DNA of 63,742 bases, counting the filler, from Octopus bimaculoides (lineage: Eukaryota), in the NCBI RefSeq assembly GCF_001194135.2. It is 6 parts of 6 records of this genome, joined end to end, with 100 filler letters (N's around TTAATTAATTAA, not from the genome) between each part and the next. Parts side by side here need not be neighbours in the genome. Positions count along the whole stretch, not along the records: positions 30,296 to 42,534 come from NC_068994.1; positions 42,635 to 57,558 come from NC_069002.1; 4 more parts are not named here. One strand, written 5' to 3'. A program made the position numbers and the translations under genes. Below, in pieces: positions 39,058 through 51,664 of this stretch. Below the pieces are notes generated by a model. That model saw only the letters and a list, made by a program, of their open reading frames with translations, was not told the DNA's origin and did no database searches. Every line of letters starts with the position of its first letter. The first letter of the stretch is position 1.

Positions 39058-40088
39058 NNNNNNNNNNNNNNNNNNNNNNNNNNNNNNNNNNNNNNNNNNN
39101 NNNNNNNNNNNNNNNNNNNNNNNNNNNNNNNNNNNNNNNNNNNNNNNNNNNNNNNNNNNNNNNNNNNNNNNNNNNNNNNNNNNNNNNNNNNNNNNNNNNN
39201 NNNNNNNNNNNNNNNNNNNNNNNNNNNNNNNNNNNNNNNNNNNNNNNNNNNNNNNNNNNNNNNNNNNNNNNNNNNNNNNNNNNNNNNNNNNNNNNNNNNN
39301 NNNNNNNNNNNNNNNNNNNNNNNNNNNNNNNNNNNNNNNNNNNNNNNNNNNNNNNNNNNNNNNNNNNNNNNNNNNNNNNNNNNNNNNNNNNNNNNNNNNN
39401 NNNNNNNNNNNNNNNNNNNNNNNNNNNNNNNNNNNNNNNNNNNNNNNNNNNNNNNNNNNNNNNNNNNNNNNNNNNNNNNNNNNNNNNNNNNNNNNNNNNN
39501 NNNNNNNNNNNNNNNNNNNNNNNNNNNNNNNNNNNNNNNNNNNNNNNNNNNNNNNNNNNNNNNNNNNNNNNNNNNNNNNNNNNNNNNNNNNNNNNNNNNN
39601 NNNNNNNNNNNNNNNNNNNNNNNNNNNNNNNNNNNNNNNNNNNNNNATATATATATATACAAATATTTGCATGTACATATATATTTATATACATACATAT
39701 GCATATATTTCTATATAGATACAAGGGTAAACAATTCAGGAGAAAAATAATTCTCAAAAAATTAATTTACTATGATATTATTAATTTTGTTATTATCTGG
39801 ATTGACTATTTTAAAAAAATGATAATAACAAAAACATAATTGCTCGAAATACGGATTAGAAAAACAGCCAACAACTGACGAAATGTCGTTCCTTGTGTTG
39901 TTTGTCTTGTTTTCCATTTGTTTCTTTTTTTGCTTGCAAAAAAAACCCTTATTCCATGACCTCATACTTTGTATTTTTTGTTGCTTGTGTTTTGTGACGT
40001 CCTGTGCCCACATATGCATATGTATATACATATATATGTAAGCATGTACGCATACATATATATATGTGCATATATATATTGTTTGTAT

Positions 40089-40131
<43 letters not shown>

Positions 40132-40600
40132 TATATACATATGTATGTCAATATATATGCACACATACACACATTGACATGTTTATGCACGTACATATAT
40201 GAACATGTATTTATACATATATATGTATGTATGTGTGTAGGAAAGCACTTGACATAGTACCAGTAAGATGGAGAAAGAAGTCCTCAATATTAAAAAAAGT
40301 TATGTTCAATGTTAGATTTTTGCTAGAAGCTGAAAATCTTTACTTATACTCCTCTGAGCTTCAAGATATCAATTTTCAATTATCAGTCAAAAAATAATGT
40401 AAATGGAACAAAATGGAAGTAGTTAGAAACCGTTAAAAACAAATTAATGTCTGTCATTGATTGCATGAAGCTTGTCACAGTTTGGGAGCTAAAGGATATT
40501 ATTGGTTAAGCTGTTTGAAATTTTACTCAAATCTCACCAATTCAAAAGACTGGAAACAATAAATACAGAAAAATTATTAATAAATATTTCATTTCCAAAC

Positions 40601-40647
40601 CTGCATCAAGCTTTGTTCCATCAATGTATGATATTTGTTTTTGATTG
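40601..40647 (-). CDS. Internal coding exon (xIKNKYHTLMEQSLMQ)
   Basis: Acceptor ccacttctgtag, donor CAG|gtttgg; 47 bp; ends in phase 0, matching the 38194 acceptor. Confidence 0.58.
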
Positions 40648-40892
40648 CTACAGAAGTGGACCATGAATGTACAGAAGCTCAGCAGTAAAGCAGTGCAAAA
40701 TTATGTCTTATAGTTTATTATGTCTTTTAATTAATGTAAAAAACACAAAGATTATTTCGCCTCTGGATACTTAAAATACTTGCTATGTCATCAGATAGAA
40801 TTATTCATATTGTCTTCATTGCTTCATTCTCTTTAATTTTTTTGTATGAAGATTATGAATGTTTTAAAAAGTTGCTCAACTTCCAATAAAAA

Positions 40893-40943
<51 letters not shown>

Positions 40944-40964
40944 AGAGCATCCAATTGTAAAAAC

Positions 40965-41145
40965 ATTGCCAACACTGACCTCGCCTGTGCTTGTGGCATG
41001 TAAAAAGTACTAAGTCCATTCTGCTGAATGGGTCATGTTAGGAAGGGCATCTAGCTCTAAAAATCCTGCCAAAACAGTCATAGAAGTCCAGTGAAGGTTT
41101 TTACCTGGCCAGCTCATGTCAAACTGTCCTACCAATGCTAGCATA
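40965..41145 (+). mobile_element. Deu/Nin-domain SINE with RTE-type tail (into gap)
   Basis: GTTAGGAAGGGCATCTAGC..CCAATGCTAGCA; same family as 42240. Confidence 0.65.
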
Positions 41146-41335
41146 NNNNNNNNNNNNNNNNNNNNNNNNNNNNNNNNNNNNNNNNNNNNNNNNNNNNNNN
41201 NNNNNNNNNNNNNNNNNNNNNNNNNNNNNNNTATATATACATATATATATATATGCATATATATATATACAGACATATATTTATGTGTGTGTGTGTGCGT
41301 TTGTGTATGTGTGTGTGTGTGTGTGAGTATGTATA

Positions 41336-41367
<32 letters not shown>

Positions 41368-41569
41368 CATACTACATACATATGTACACACACGCACACA
41401 TATATATATATATATATACATACACACACACAGACACATTTTATATGTTGTTAGCAGGACAAAGCAAAAGCAAAAACCAATTGCATTAGGGCACTGTACA
41501 TCATATTACACTCTTAAACTCCACCTATAGATGCAGATTGATTTCAACTTTTGAAACAAGACCAACAAA

Positions 41570-41750
41570 ATCAAGGAGTGGGCGTAACTTGATTACATCA
41601 ACTCCAGTACTCAACTGGTACTCATTTTATCAACCCCAAAAGGATGGAAAGCAAAATAGAACTTTACAAAATTTGAACCCAGTTTGTAAAGACGGACGAA
41701 ATTCCACTAAACATTTTGCCCAGCATGCTAATGGTTCTGCCAGATCACTG
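41570..41750 (-). mobile_element. Family C SINE (diverged)
   Basis: Central domain and head. Confidence 0.7.
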
Positions 41751-41822
41751 CTCATCTATAGATGCATATAAAGATGCTCAGCTGCATCAGTTGATGTACA
41801 AACTCATAGAAATATCGATATA

Positions 41823-42210
41823 TAGGCACAGGCATTGCCTGTGTGATAAGAAGTTTGCTTCTTAGCCACATGGTTCCAGGTTCAGTCCCACTGAGGGGCA
41901 CCTTGGACAAATGTCTTCAACTGTCTTAGGATGACCAAAGGCTTGTGAGAGGATTTGGTAGAGGGAAACTTAAAGAAGATTGTCATGTATATATGTGTGT
42001 GTCTGAGGATGTCCCCCCCACCACTGCTTGACAACCGGTGTTGTTGTGTTTATATCACTGTTACTTAACAGTTTGGCAAAAGTGACTAATAGAATAAGTA
42101 CCAGGCTTAGAAAAAAAATTAAGTCCTGGGGTCAATTCATTTGACTAAAACATTTTCAAGGTATTGCTGCAGCATGGCTGCAGTCTAATGACTGAATCAA
42201 GATAAAAGAT
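41823..42210 (+). mobile_element. Family B SINE
   Basis: Head, CORE, short microsatellite and tail. Confidence 0.8.
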
Positions 42211-42235
42211 ATGTATGCATGTGCGTGTATGTATA

Positions 42236-42534
42236 TCATCATCATCATCATCATCATCATCGTTTAACGTCCGCTTTCCATGCTAGCATGGGTTGGACGA
42301 TTTGACTGAGGACTGGTGAAACCGGATGGCAACACCAGGCTCCAGTCTGATTTGGCAGAGTTTATACAGCTGGATGCCCTTCCTAACGCCAACCACTCAG
42401 AGAGTGTAGTGGGTGCTTTTACGTGTCACCCGCACGAAAACGGCCACGCTCGAAATGGTGTCTTTTATGTGCCACCCGCACAAGCTATTCCAGGGGCACT
42501 GGCAACGATCTCGCTCGAAAATCCTACAGGAGCC
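42236..42534 (-). mobile_element. Deu/Nin-domain SINE with RTE-type (GAT)n tail
   Basis: Minus strand GGCGTTAGGAAGGGCATCCAGC...CAACCCATGCTAGCATGGAAAGCGGACGTTAAACGATGATGATG. Confidence 0.75.
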
Positions 42535-42773
42535 NNNNNNNNNNNNNNNNNNNNNNNNNNNNNNNNNNNNNNNNNNNNTTAATTAATTAANNNNNNNNNN
42601 NNNNNNNNNNNNNNNNNNNNNNNNNNNNNNNNNNTATATATATATATATATATATTATCTACCTGCCTGTCTGTCTGGCTATCTGTTTATCTATCTATTT
42701 GTCTGTATGTATGTGTCTCTGTCTATTTATCTATGTGTCTGTCTGTCTATCTGTCTGTCTGTCTGTCTGTCTA

Positions 42774-42810
<37 letters not shown>

Positions 42811-42914
42811 ATATCTATTTATCTATCTGTATGTATGTATGTCTATCTCTGTCTATCTATGTATCTATTTATCTGTCTATTTATCTATAGATGGATAGAA
42901 AAAGAGAGAGAATG

Positions 42915-42969
<55 letters not shown>

Positions 42970-42989
42970 CTGCACATATTCTGTTTCAG

Positions 42990-43041
42990 TACTCTATTCA
43001 ATACACACTGGCAGCGCATTTGCTGACATACAATAATCGAT
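42990..43041 (+). CDS. Candidate coding exon (YSIQYTLAAHLLTYNNR)
   Basis: Acceptor catattctgtttcag, consensus donor gtgagt; only the phase-0 frame is open, matching the 20448 donor. Confidence 0.45.
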
Positions 43042-44003
43042 GTGAGTACCTGGTACGGAATATCTTCGAAACACTCATTAAATCATGCAGGTTTGATGGT
43101 GACTACTCATTACCAGCAACAGCAACAACAATAATAACAACAACAAATGTAACAATAACAAAAACAACAAAAAACAATGAAAGCAGTAAAAATGGCGGCA
43201 GCTGTAAATTATGTTTTAACCAACCGGAGACAGTGAAAAAGAAATACATGGAAACAATATGTGCATTAATTTAGAAGACAAATCGACTTAGTATACAAAA
43301 ACAATTCTTAATTTATTTGCTTTACTGAACACTCAGACAAAAATAAGATACTAGAATATGCATCTGAATGTCTTAGTATTTATTTTTATGGTTTGAATGC
43401 TTTAGAAACATCGCAATTATTCATTTATCAAAATAATCCGTAGAAACAGGTGAAAAACTAGATCGGTTGAGAGAGAAAAAGAAGTAAAAAAAAAGAAAGA
43501 TACACGGATTCATTAAACATTGCGATTGGTTGTCTTTGTTCTGATAATCTAGGATACATTATATTTTAGGGTGTTAGAAAAAGGCATAGTTTTAAATTAG
43601 TTTAATTCGATGTCATTTGCCATTTAGCGATATTTCGTTCACTTTTACGTCCTTAGTTCGAATACTGTCTCGTTCCACTTTGCCATTTATCCTTTCAGGA
43701 TCGATGAAATAAGTAACACTTGTGCACTGGGACCGATGTCCAGGCCACCGCACCAAATCACCAGCTCCCAAAATGCTGCGCACGGTCATCTCATTCTGCA
43801 GCTACCGGCACCCATCTGCGACTGCCATCAGCCAAACCTTGTGTGTAACAACACATCGTAAGGTTATACTCGATTAAGAGACACCAGAGGTTTATCGATC
43901 ATCCTGCAATCATTTTTTAATGAAGTATCTGCAAAAGGAGTGGAAGTTTTTCATGTAACACTCCTTTTCTACGTATCTAACGGATTGTAGTGTTAGATAC
44001 AAT

Positions 44004-44379
44004 TGTTGTTGTTGGCACTCCATCGCTTACGACGTCGAGGGTTCCAGTTGATCCGATCAACGGAACAGCCTGCTCGTGAAATTGACGTGCAAGTGGCTGA
44101 GCACTCCATAGACACGTGTACCCTTAACGTAGTTCTCGGGGATATTCAGCGTAACAAGGCTGACCCTTTGAATTACAGGCACAACAGAAACAGGAAGAAA
44201 GAGTGAGAGAAAGTTGTGGTGAAAGAGTACAGCAGGGTTCGCCACCATCCCCTGCCGGAGCCTCGTGGAGCTTTAGGTGTTTTTGCTCAATAAACACTCA
44301 CAACGCCCGGTCTGGGAATCGAAACCGCGATCCTATGACCGCGAGTCCGCTGCCCTAACAACCGGGCCATTGCGCCTCC
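44004..44379 (-). mobile_element. Family A SINE, full length, with 12-bp TSD
   Basis: TSD GTTAGATACAAT at 43992-44003 and 44382-44393; (AAC)n tail. Confidence 0.93.
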
Positions 44380-44907
44380 TCGTTAGATACAATAACAACT
44401 TCTCAACCAGCATTGTAGATGACAGAAATTTTTGAGATTCGTTTTCTTACAAAAAAAAAACATGTCTTCCGTTTGTAAAAAAAGCGGTATTCCATTTGTT
44501 GAGTAAAATATTTTTATTAAAATGCAGGTAAACTGCCAGATAAAATCAGCACAATATATATTTCAAGATAGTAAAAAAATCTGATATTGGGTGCATTAGG
44601 TAAAATATTGATTCTGAAAGTTAAAAAAAATAATCGAAACCCTGTGTATATCGATTGATTTAGAATGCTCCAACATCCAAATACGACGATTTATTGACTG
44701 GAATGTTTTTAGTATGGCTTTCAACGTCTGAAGTTTGAACTTTTGGAGTCGTCAATAATTACATGTAAGTGATTTGACTTTCAAACAAACGAAACTTGAA
44801 TTACCTTATTTGGAAATAATTGTAATTCAAAAGTAAATTTATATATTGATTTCTCGTGTCGAAACAGAATGCGAAATTTTGTAAAAACGGAATATCGCCC
44901 CTTAATT

Positions 44908-46420
44908 CAGCGGTCCCAAAACATTTTTGGACCACGAACCGCTTTCATGGAACATAAGTCCTCCACAGACCGAATGATCAAGCGTGTAGGAAAACAAAAT
45001 AAATATATATAATATATACTTTAATTATTACATATACTGGGTTAGCCAATAGTCACCCGACAGGAAACCAAAATTCCATAAATACTATCTGTAATTCTGT
45101 ATTGACTCGAACAGGAAAATGTATTGCTGAAGAAGGACTTCAGCTTGAAGAATGTTCATGTTATTTCATATTTAGATGCTTTTATTAAATTAATTCAGTT
45201 GTTAAACATAGATAAATCATGGAATTAAATGGTTTTGATTTACTGTCAGGTGAGTTTTGACCAGCCCTGTATAATACACGTATATATCATGATAATGTTT
45301 CGTAGTTCGAGAAAGACGCCTCTGTAATTTCTTACTGAGCAGCCTGCACAAATGGTACGTTTATTATGATCAAATGTGTGTGCTGTACATCAGTTCGCTT
45401 CTGCCGTAAAAATTGACGTTGTCTGATCAGATGCATGGTGTACTATATGTTAGGTGTCAACGTGAGATNNNNNNNNNNNNNNNNNNNNNNNNNNNNNNNN
45501 NNNNNNNNNNNNNNNNNNNNNNNNNNNNNNNNNNNNNNNNNNNNNNNNNNNNNNNNNNNNNNNNNNNNNNNNNNNNNNNNNNNNNNNNNNNNNNNNNNNN
45601 NNNNNNNNNNNNNNNNNNNNNNNNNNNNNNNNNNNNNNNNNNNNNNNNNNNNNNNNNNNNNNNNNNNNNNNNNNNNNNNNNNNNNNNNNNNNNNNNNNNN
45701 NNNNNNNNNNNNNNNNNNNNNNNNNNNNNNNNNNNNNNNNNNNNNNNNNNNNNNNNNNNNNNNNNNNNNNNNNNNNNNNNNNNNNNNNNNNNNNNNNNNN
45801 NNNNNNNNNNNNNNNNNNNNNNNNNNNNNNNNNNNNNNNNNNNNNNNNNNNNNNNNNNNNNNNNNNNNNNNNNNNNNNNNNNNNNNNNNNNNNNNNNNNN
45901 NNNNNNNNNNNNNNNNNNNNNNNNNNNNNNNNNNNNNNNNNNNNNNNNNNNNNNNNNNNNNNNNNNNNNNNNNNNNNNNNNNNNNNNNNNNNNNNNNNNN
46001 NNNNNNNNNNNNNNNNNNNNNNNNNNNNNNNNNNNNNNNNNNNNNNNNNNNNNNNNNNNNNNNNNNNNNNNNNNNNNNNNNNNNNNNNNNNNNNNNNNNN
46101 NNNNNNNNNNNNNNNNNNNNNNNNNNNNNNNNNNNNNNNNNNNNNNNNNNNNNNNNNNNNNNNNNNNNNNNNNNNNNNNNNNNNNNNNNNNNNNNNNNNN
46201 NNNNNNNNNNNNNNNNNNNNNNNNNNNNNNNNNNNNNNNNNNNNNNNNNNNNNNNNNNNNNNNNNNNNNNNNNNNNNNNNNNNNNNNCCACATACATAAT
46301 AAATATGTATAAAGGAGTAAGTGCTGCCGATCAGTAGAATTGAGATAAAAATTCATTCTTTCTGTGCGGCCTGGCACCAAATGATTTGCGGCCCGTTACC
46401 AAATGACCTGCAGTCTCCCA
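44908..46420. mobile_element. Possible hAT/Charlie-type non-autonomous element spanning a gap
   Basis: Left end CAGCGGTCCCAAAACATTTTTGG; right part TGTGCGGCCTGGCACCAAATG...GCGGCCCG resembles Charlie-type subterminal sequence. Confidence 0.35.
45037..45269. mobile_element. Tc1/mariner-type MITE
   Basis: Imperfect 27-bp TIRs CTGGGTTAGCCAATAGTCACCCGACAG / CTGTCAGGTGAGTTTTGACCAGCCCTG with TA on both sides. Confidence 0.7.
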
Positions 46421-46832
46421 AATATTACTAGTGGTATATGTTGTGTAGATTTCGAAGGACAAAGAGGAAAATTTCGACTTTGTTGAAATAGAAGTAAATC
46501 TCTAAAGATATTTATGCCTGAATGTATTGAAGGTTCATAACTTTATGGTTAGAGCGTTGCACTCACGATCGATTTCTGGTCCGAATGGTGTGTTTTGTCT
46601 TTTTTGAGCAAATCCCTTTAGTCTACGTTGCTCTAATCCATTCAAATGTAAATGATTATCTCTGCGATGAACTGGCGTCCCTTTCAGTCTATCACATACA
46701 AGCCTTGGAAACCTGGTAACCGGCCGCATGGGTTCTGGTGCTGAGAGCAGTAGTGTCCAAGAGGGATGATGAGTCAGGAATGTGCCTATTGCTGACAACT
46801 CAGTTCCATTATATGTGAATATCTTTGAACAC

Positions 46833-47157
46833 TGGTACTCCGTCGGTTACGACGACGTGTGTTCCAGTTGATCCGATAAATGGAACTGGCTACTCGTGAA
46901 TTTAATGTACAAGTGGCAGAGCAATCCACAGACGCACATATCCTAACCCTAGTTCTCAGAGAAGTTCAGCGTGACACAGTGTGACAAGGCTGGTTGGTCC
47001 CTTCGAAATACAGGTACAACTCATGTTTGTCAGCTGAGTGAACTGGAGCAACGTGAAACAAAATGTCTTGCTTAAGGATACAACTTGTCGCAGGGAATCG
47101 AACTCACGACTTTAAGATCCCGAGCCAACAACCCTAACCGATTGGCCACATGCCTTC
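46833..47157 (-). mobile_element. Family A' SINE
   Basis: Same layout as 9590: tRNA head, CORE-like box and family A 3' half. Confidence 0.8.
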
Positions 47158-47439
47158 GAATACCTTTTAACAATTCCAAACGTGATCACATGACACGGCT
47201 TGCTCGGTGACCGAGTGCTTATATTCCTTTAAATCTACGGTTCAAATCTTACTCGGATTACCCATACCCTGGGTCAATAAAATATCAGAATTTCTTCAAT
47301 GAAGTCTGCTGTAATTTTTTTCCGAAGAAATGGTTCTGGCCTTGTGCCGAGCTTCAAAATTCAATATCAACTAACAAGAAGCTCCAAAGTTGGTAGAATC
47401 AATGACGCATTGAACTTTTTGGCAGTTTTTTCTGTTACT

Positions 47440-47471
47440 GTCATTGTTTGTTGTTGCTGTCGTCGTCGTCG

Positions 47472-47523
<52 letters not shown>

Positions 47524-47525
47524 AC
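47440..47525. repeat. (TTG)n microsatellite
   Basis: Directly visible; a SINE head follows at about 47604-47730. Confidence 0.95.
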
Positions 47526-48904
47526 TGATATTGTGGTGGGTGTTGTTGCTTTAATTGCTGTTGTTTTTGTTGTTGTTGCAATTAGTATTTTACTGTTGTT
47601 GTGGAGGAGCGTGGTAGAGTGGTCAGGGCGTCGAACTCGAAATCGCAAGATCGTGGTTTCGATTCCCAGAACGAGTGTTGCGTTGTGTTCTTGAACAAAC
47701 CACTCCTTTTCACGTTGCTCCAGCTCCAGTCTACTCGGCTGTAAATGGATCACCCTTTCAACGGAACGGATACCCTTTCAGTGGTAATGTTCTGATCTCA
47801 GTCATTTAAGAAGAGGGATAAAGACCTTCTTGGTCACGAATGAGTGTGGGACTACATCTACAAAGAACCCCTTTATCTCCGATTCTTCAACGAACCGTGT
47901 CCCATTTTCCTTCGTATTCACTCGATATACTTACTCACCTTGTTTTCGTCTTCCTCTGTATTTTATTCTCCAAGTCTTGAACCAGGCATTTTCTCAAGTC
48001 TGTCCCCTAAGATTTACAACTCTCTATATAGAAAAGTGGTTCTCAGCTGGGCTCGATATCACCCTTAGGGACCCATATAAGATTTTGCGGAGTCCACGCA
48101 CGCAAAATGGTAAATTGCGGATCCACAATAATATGTTAAAGGTCCGTGAATAAAGTTTGCTTTAGATTTATTTATTGCAAGAAACAGCTAAGTTTTCTTT
48201 CTTTCTTTATCCTTTTGCATAGTTCAACATATTTCCAGCCACTAATATATACTCGTTCAGTCAGTGCTCCTGCAAACCTATCCAAATGAACATGAGAAAA
48301 ACAAAATAGCGATTCTAGAAGAAGCATCTATAAAACTAGTCTTTAAACATCGAATGGTTCCGGGCATCGACCAGAGTAAAACAGTAATCAAAGGGGGGCA
48401 TAAACATTAAACTCTTGAGAACCACTACGCTAGCATGATATTTGTACCCCTGCGTTTTCCATTCAAAAGGTGAAACTGAACATCTCCTGCGTCAGTCAGT
48501 CTTAGAATCGAAATGGGGGCCATTTCAGGAAGTACATGCAATGGGCGCCATATTTTTTTCTCCAACTCAATACATTTTAGAAATGAAAATCATTGTTTCG
48601 TTATATTCAGTAAATTAAAATTGTGATGTTTGAGTGTCTTGCTGATAACACAAAGCAGCTCATGGCGAATGTAATACGAGCAATCAAACTTGTCGGATTC
48701 ACTATCGAGTTTTGGCTTGCTGCGAATCTCGTTAGGAAAAAAAAAATGGCTAACATAGAGAAAGAGACATGTGAGACAAGTTTTTCATGTTTTCAGCTTG
48801 AAAAATGAAGGTTAAAATGAAAGGAAAAAAAGGAGGGTATCAAGTGTATTTTATCTTGAAAATCACAGAATGGGGAAAGAATGTGGTTTTAATTAGAGAA
48901 TCAG

Positions 48905-48946
<42 letters not shown>

Positions 48947-49819
48947 ACTCACACACACACACNNNNNNNNNNNNNNNNNNNNNNNNNNNNNNNNNNNNNN
49001 NNNNNNNNNNNNNNNNNNNNNNNNNNNNNNNNNNNNNNNNNNNNNNNNNNNNNNNNNNNNNNNNNNNNNNNNNNNNNNNNNNNNNNNNNNNNNNNNNNNN
49101 NNNNNNNNNNNNNNNNNNNNNNNNNNNNNNNNNNNNNNNNNNNNNNNNNNNNNNNNNNNNNNNNNNNNNNNNNNNNNNNNNNNNNNNNNNNNNNNNNNNN
49201 NNNNNNNNNNNNNNNNNNNNNNNNNNNNNNNNNNNNNNNNNNNNNNNNNNNNNNNNNNNNNNNNNNNNNNNNNNNNNNNNNNNNNNNNNNNNNNNNNNNN
49301 NNNNNNNNNNNNNNNNNNNNNNNNNNNNNNNNNNNNNNNNNNNNNNNNNNNNNNNNNNNNNNNNNNNNNNNNNNNNNNNNNNNNNTATATACACAAATAC
49401 GCATATACATTTATATATATACACATGCGCACATACACACATACACACTGACAAATACACACAAGAAAGTAAAAAAATAAGAGCTACATAAAGAAATCCG
49501 AAGTCTCCCATAGAGAATTCTTTCCATGAATGTGACTGAATTGTGTTAACAGTAAAATTAAACATGAACGACGAATAGATTCAAACGAGGCTCTGCGCTC
49601 GATAGAAAATTGCAAGTAAATTAACTGTATTGTTAGATTGAAGTCACAAGTATTTTAAACGATTGAATGGTTTGATTTTGGAAAAGGAGATGATTTATTG
49701 CAGAACGAATCAATTGTAATTCTTGCCAAATTGGAAACTTTTAGAATGTGTATAAGCTCTAACTGAAGCAAGACATACTTTGCACACTCGATGTCTGGAA
49801 TTATGCGTTGAATAATTTT

Positions 49820-50005
49820 TTTTTCCACTACAGCACGGGGCCCTGAATTTAGCAGGGAGATGGTTAATCGATGACGTTGACCGTAGTGAATGACTGGTAA
49901 AGACCCAAGTTGACCTCAATGGGATTTGAACTCAGAACGTAATGATTCGGGAGTAATGTCACTAAGCGTTTTGTCCGGGGTTATAACGATTCGGCCAGCT
50001 CGCTG
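49820..50005 (-). mobile_element. Family C SINE (diverged)
   Basis: Central domain and head. Confidence 0.65.
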
Positions 50006-50469
50006 TTTTCTCGTTGAAGGATAATGATGTGTGTAGAATGTATTGATAAGAAATTTATTAAGAATGTATTGATTAGAAATTTAAGAAATTCGTCCAGAAA
50101 GCTAGACAACGGGATGGAATCAGGTCGTTTAAAGAGGAACAAAGAATGACAGAGAAGAATAGGATCTGTTAATTCTTTTAACGAATTATTCCGACCGATT
50201 TTAGTCACCTGGGCGACATCTTCATAAAGTTTCTACTGTCATCAGAAGATTCTATGAAGCGTACTACAGCTGGATGTCTAACGGAGTTCATTAAGTTTTC
50301 TTCTAGCATTTCCTCTTTTTTTTACTTCTGATATTTGCCCGTTTGTTATCAGACAGTGATTTCATTATTGATCTGAATAGATGTATACCATAACATCGTC
50401 ACCTTGACATTATCACGAACTGAATTTACTGCATTTATATTCAGCTTATATCTGGAAATATTGATATAT

Positions 50470-50948
50470 TCTGTTTTTCTACTCTAGGCACAAGGCCCGA
50501 AATTTTGTGGGGACGGGGCCAGTCGATTAGATCGATCCCAGTACGCAATTGGTACTTAATTTATCGACGCCAAAAGGATGAAAGGCAAAGTCGACCTGGA
50601 CGGAATTTAAAATATTCTTTTCTGCTCTAAGTACAAAGCCCGACAGAAATTTTGTGGGAGGGGGCCAGTCAATTAGATAGATCCCAGTACGCAACTGGTA
50701 CTTATTTTATCGACCCCGAAATGATAAAAGGCAAAGTCGACCTCGGCGGAATTTGAACTCAGAAAGTAAAGACAGACAAAATACTGCAAAGCATTTCGCC
50801 CGGCGTGCTAACGTTTCTTATTTCTTTATTGCCTACAAGGGGCTAAACATAGAGGGGACAAACAAGGACAGACAAATATTACATCGACCCCAGTGTGTAA
50901 CTGGTACTTAATTTATCAACCCCGAAAGGATGAAAGGCAAAGTCGACC
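50470..50948 (-). mobile_element. Head-to-tail array of three family C SINEs
   Basis: Copies at about 50470-50610, 50615-50818 and 50819-50948; the last is joined at CTAACGTTTCT of the middle copy. Confidence 0.85.
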
Positions 50949-51624
50949 GCTTAACACTTAAGTCTCTTTGACATATTTCTTTGCAACAAAGTATTGAATT
51001 TAGTGTCATTCCACGTTTTCATCCACAATAACATCGACATTTTAATCTAAAGCTGCTTCAAGGATTCCGGTTGCCAATGCATCTCTTGTTTAAGTATATA
51101 CCATGGAATTCCAGCAAGATTTGGTTGCAATTTCTAGCAGATCAAGCAGCCACTTAGAGGCTCACTTGTTGACTCGGACCTTTTTATAAAGTTTCAAATT
51201 CAGATATTCTTCAGTAGCTGAGCGCTTTCCAAGAAAGTGCATTCGGTTTACTGATATCCCTTTCGGAGTTCGCTATGAATAAATATCTATATTTAAAAAC
51301 ATAACGTCCTTAGAGGTATTTTGCAGATCGTAGGTCAGATAAAACATTGTGCAGAAATAAACCCATGGGATTTTTGTCCTCAATGGTTCCATACCACCAT
51401 CTTATAAATTTGCTGGTCCAACGCTTAGCAATACATTGTCTATTTTATTCTTGCCTAATAGAGAAAAATATACTTTGTCTTCGTTGTATAAATATTTAAT
51501 TTTCTTTTTGAATATATTAATCAGTCTGTTTTCTTACATCTTCGTACTTTTCAAAATCCCCTATGGTTACTCTGTCAGAGTTCTTTATTATTATCAAGCC
51601 CCTTCCTCACTGTGTGCATGTATA

Positions 51625-51664
<40 letters not shown>

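Noticed and set aside
43740-43860. GC-rich segment with cag acceptor and gtaagg donor
   Set aside because: The frame needed to follow the 43041 exon hits a stop before the donor; it may be a mobile-element fragment.
47940-48010. Possible minus-strand exon (GTDLRKCLVQDLENKIQRKTKT) with a strong AAG|gtgagt donor
   Set aside because: The acceptor is poor, it abuts a hAT-like MITE end near 48034, and its phase-2 end does not match the phase-1 start of the 40647 exon.
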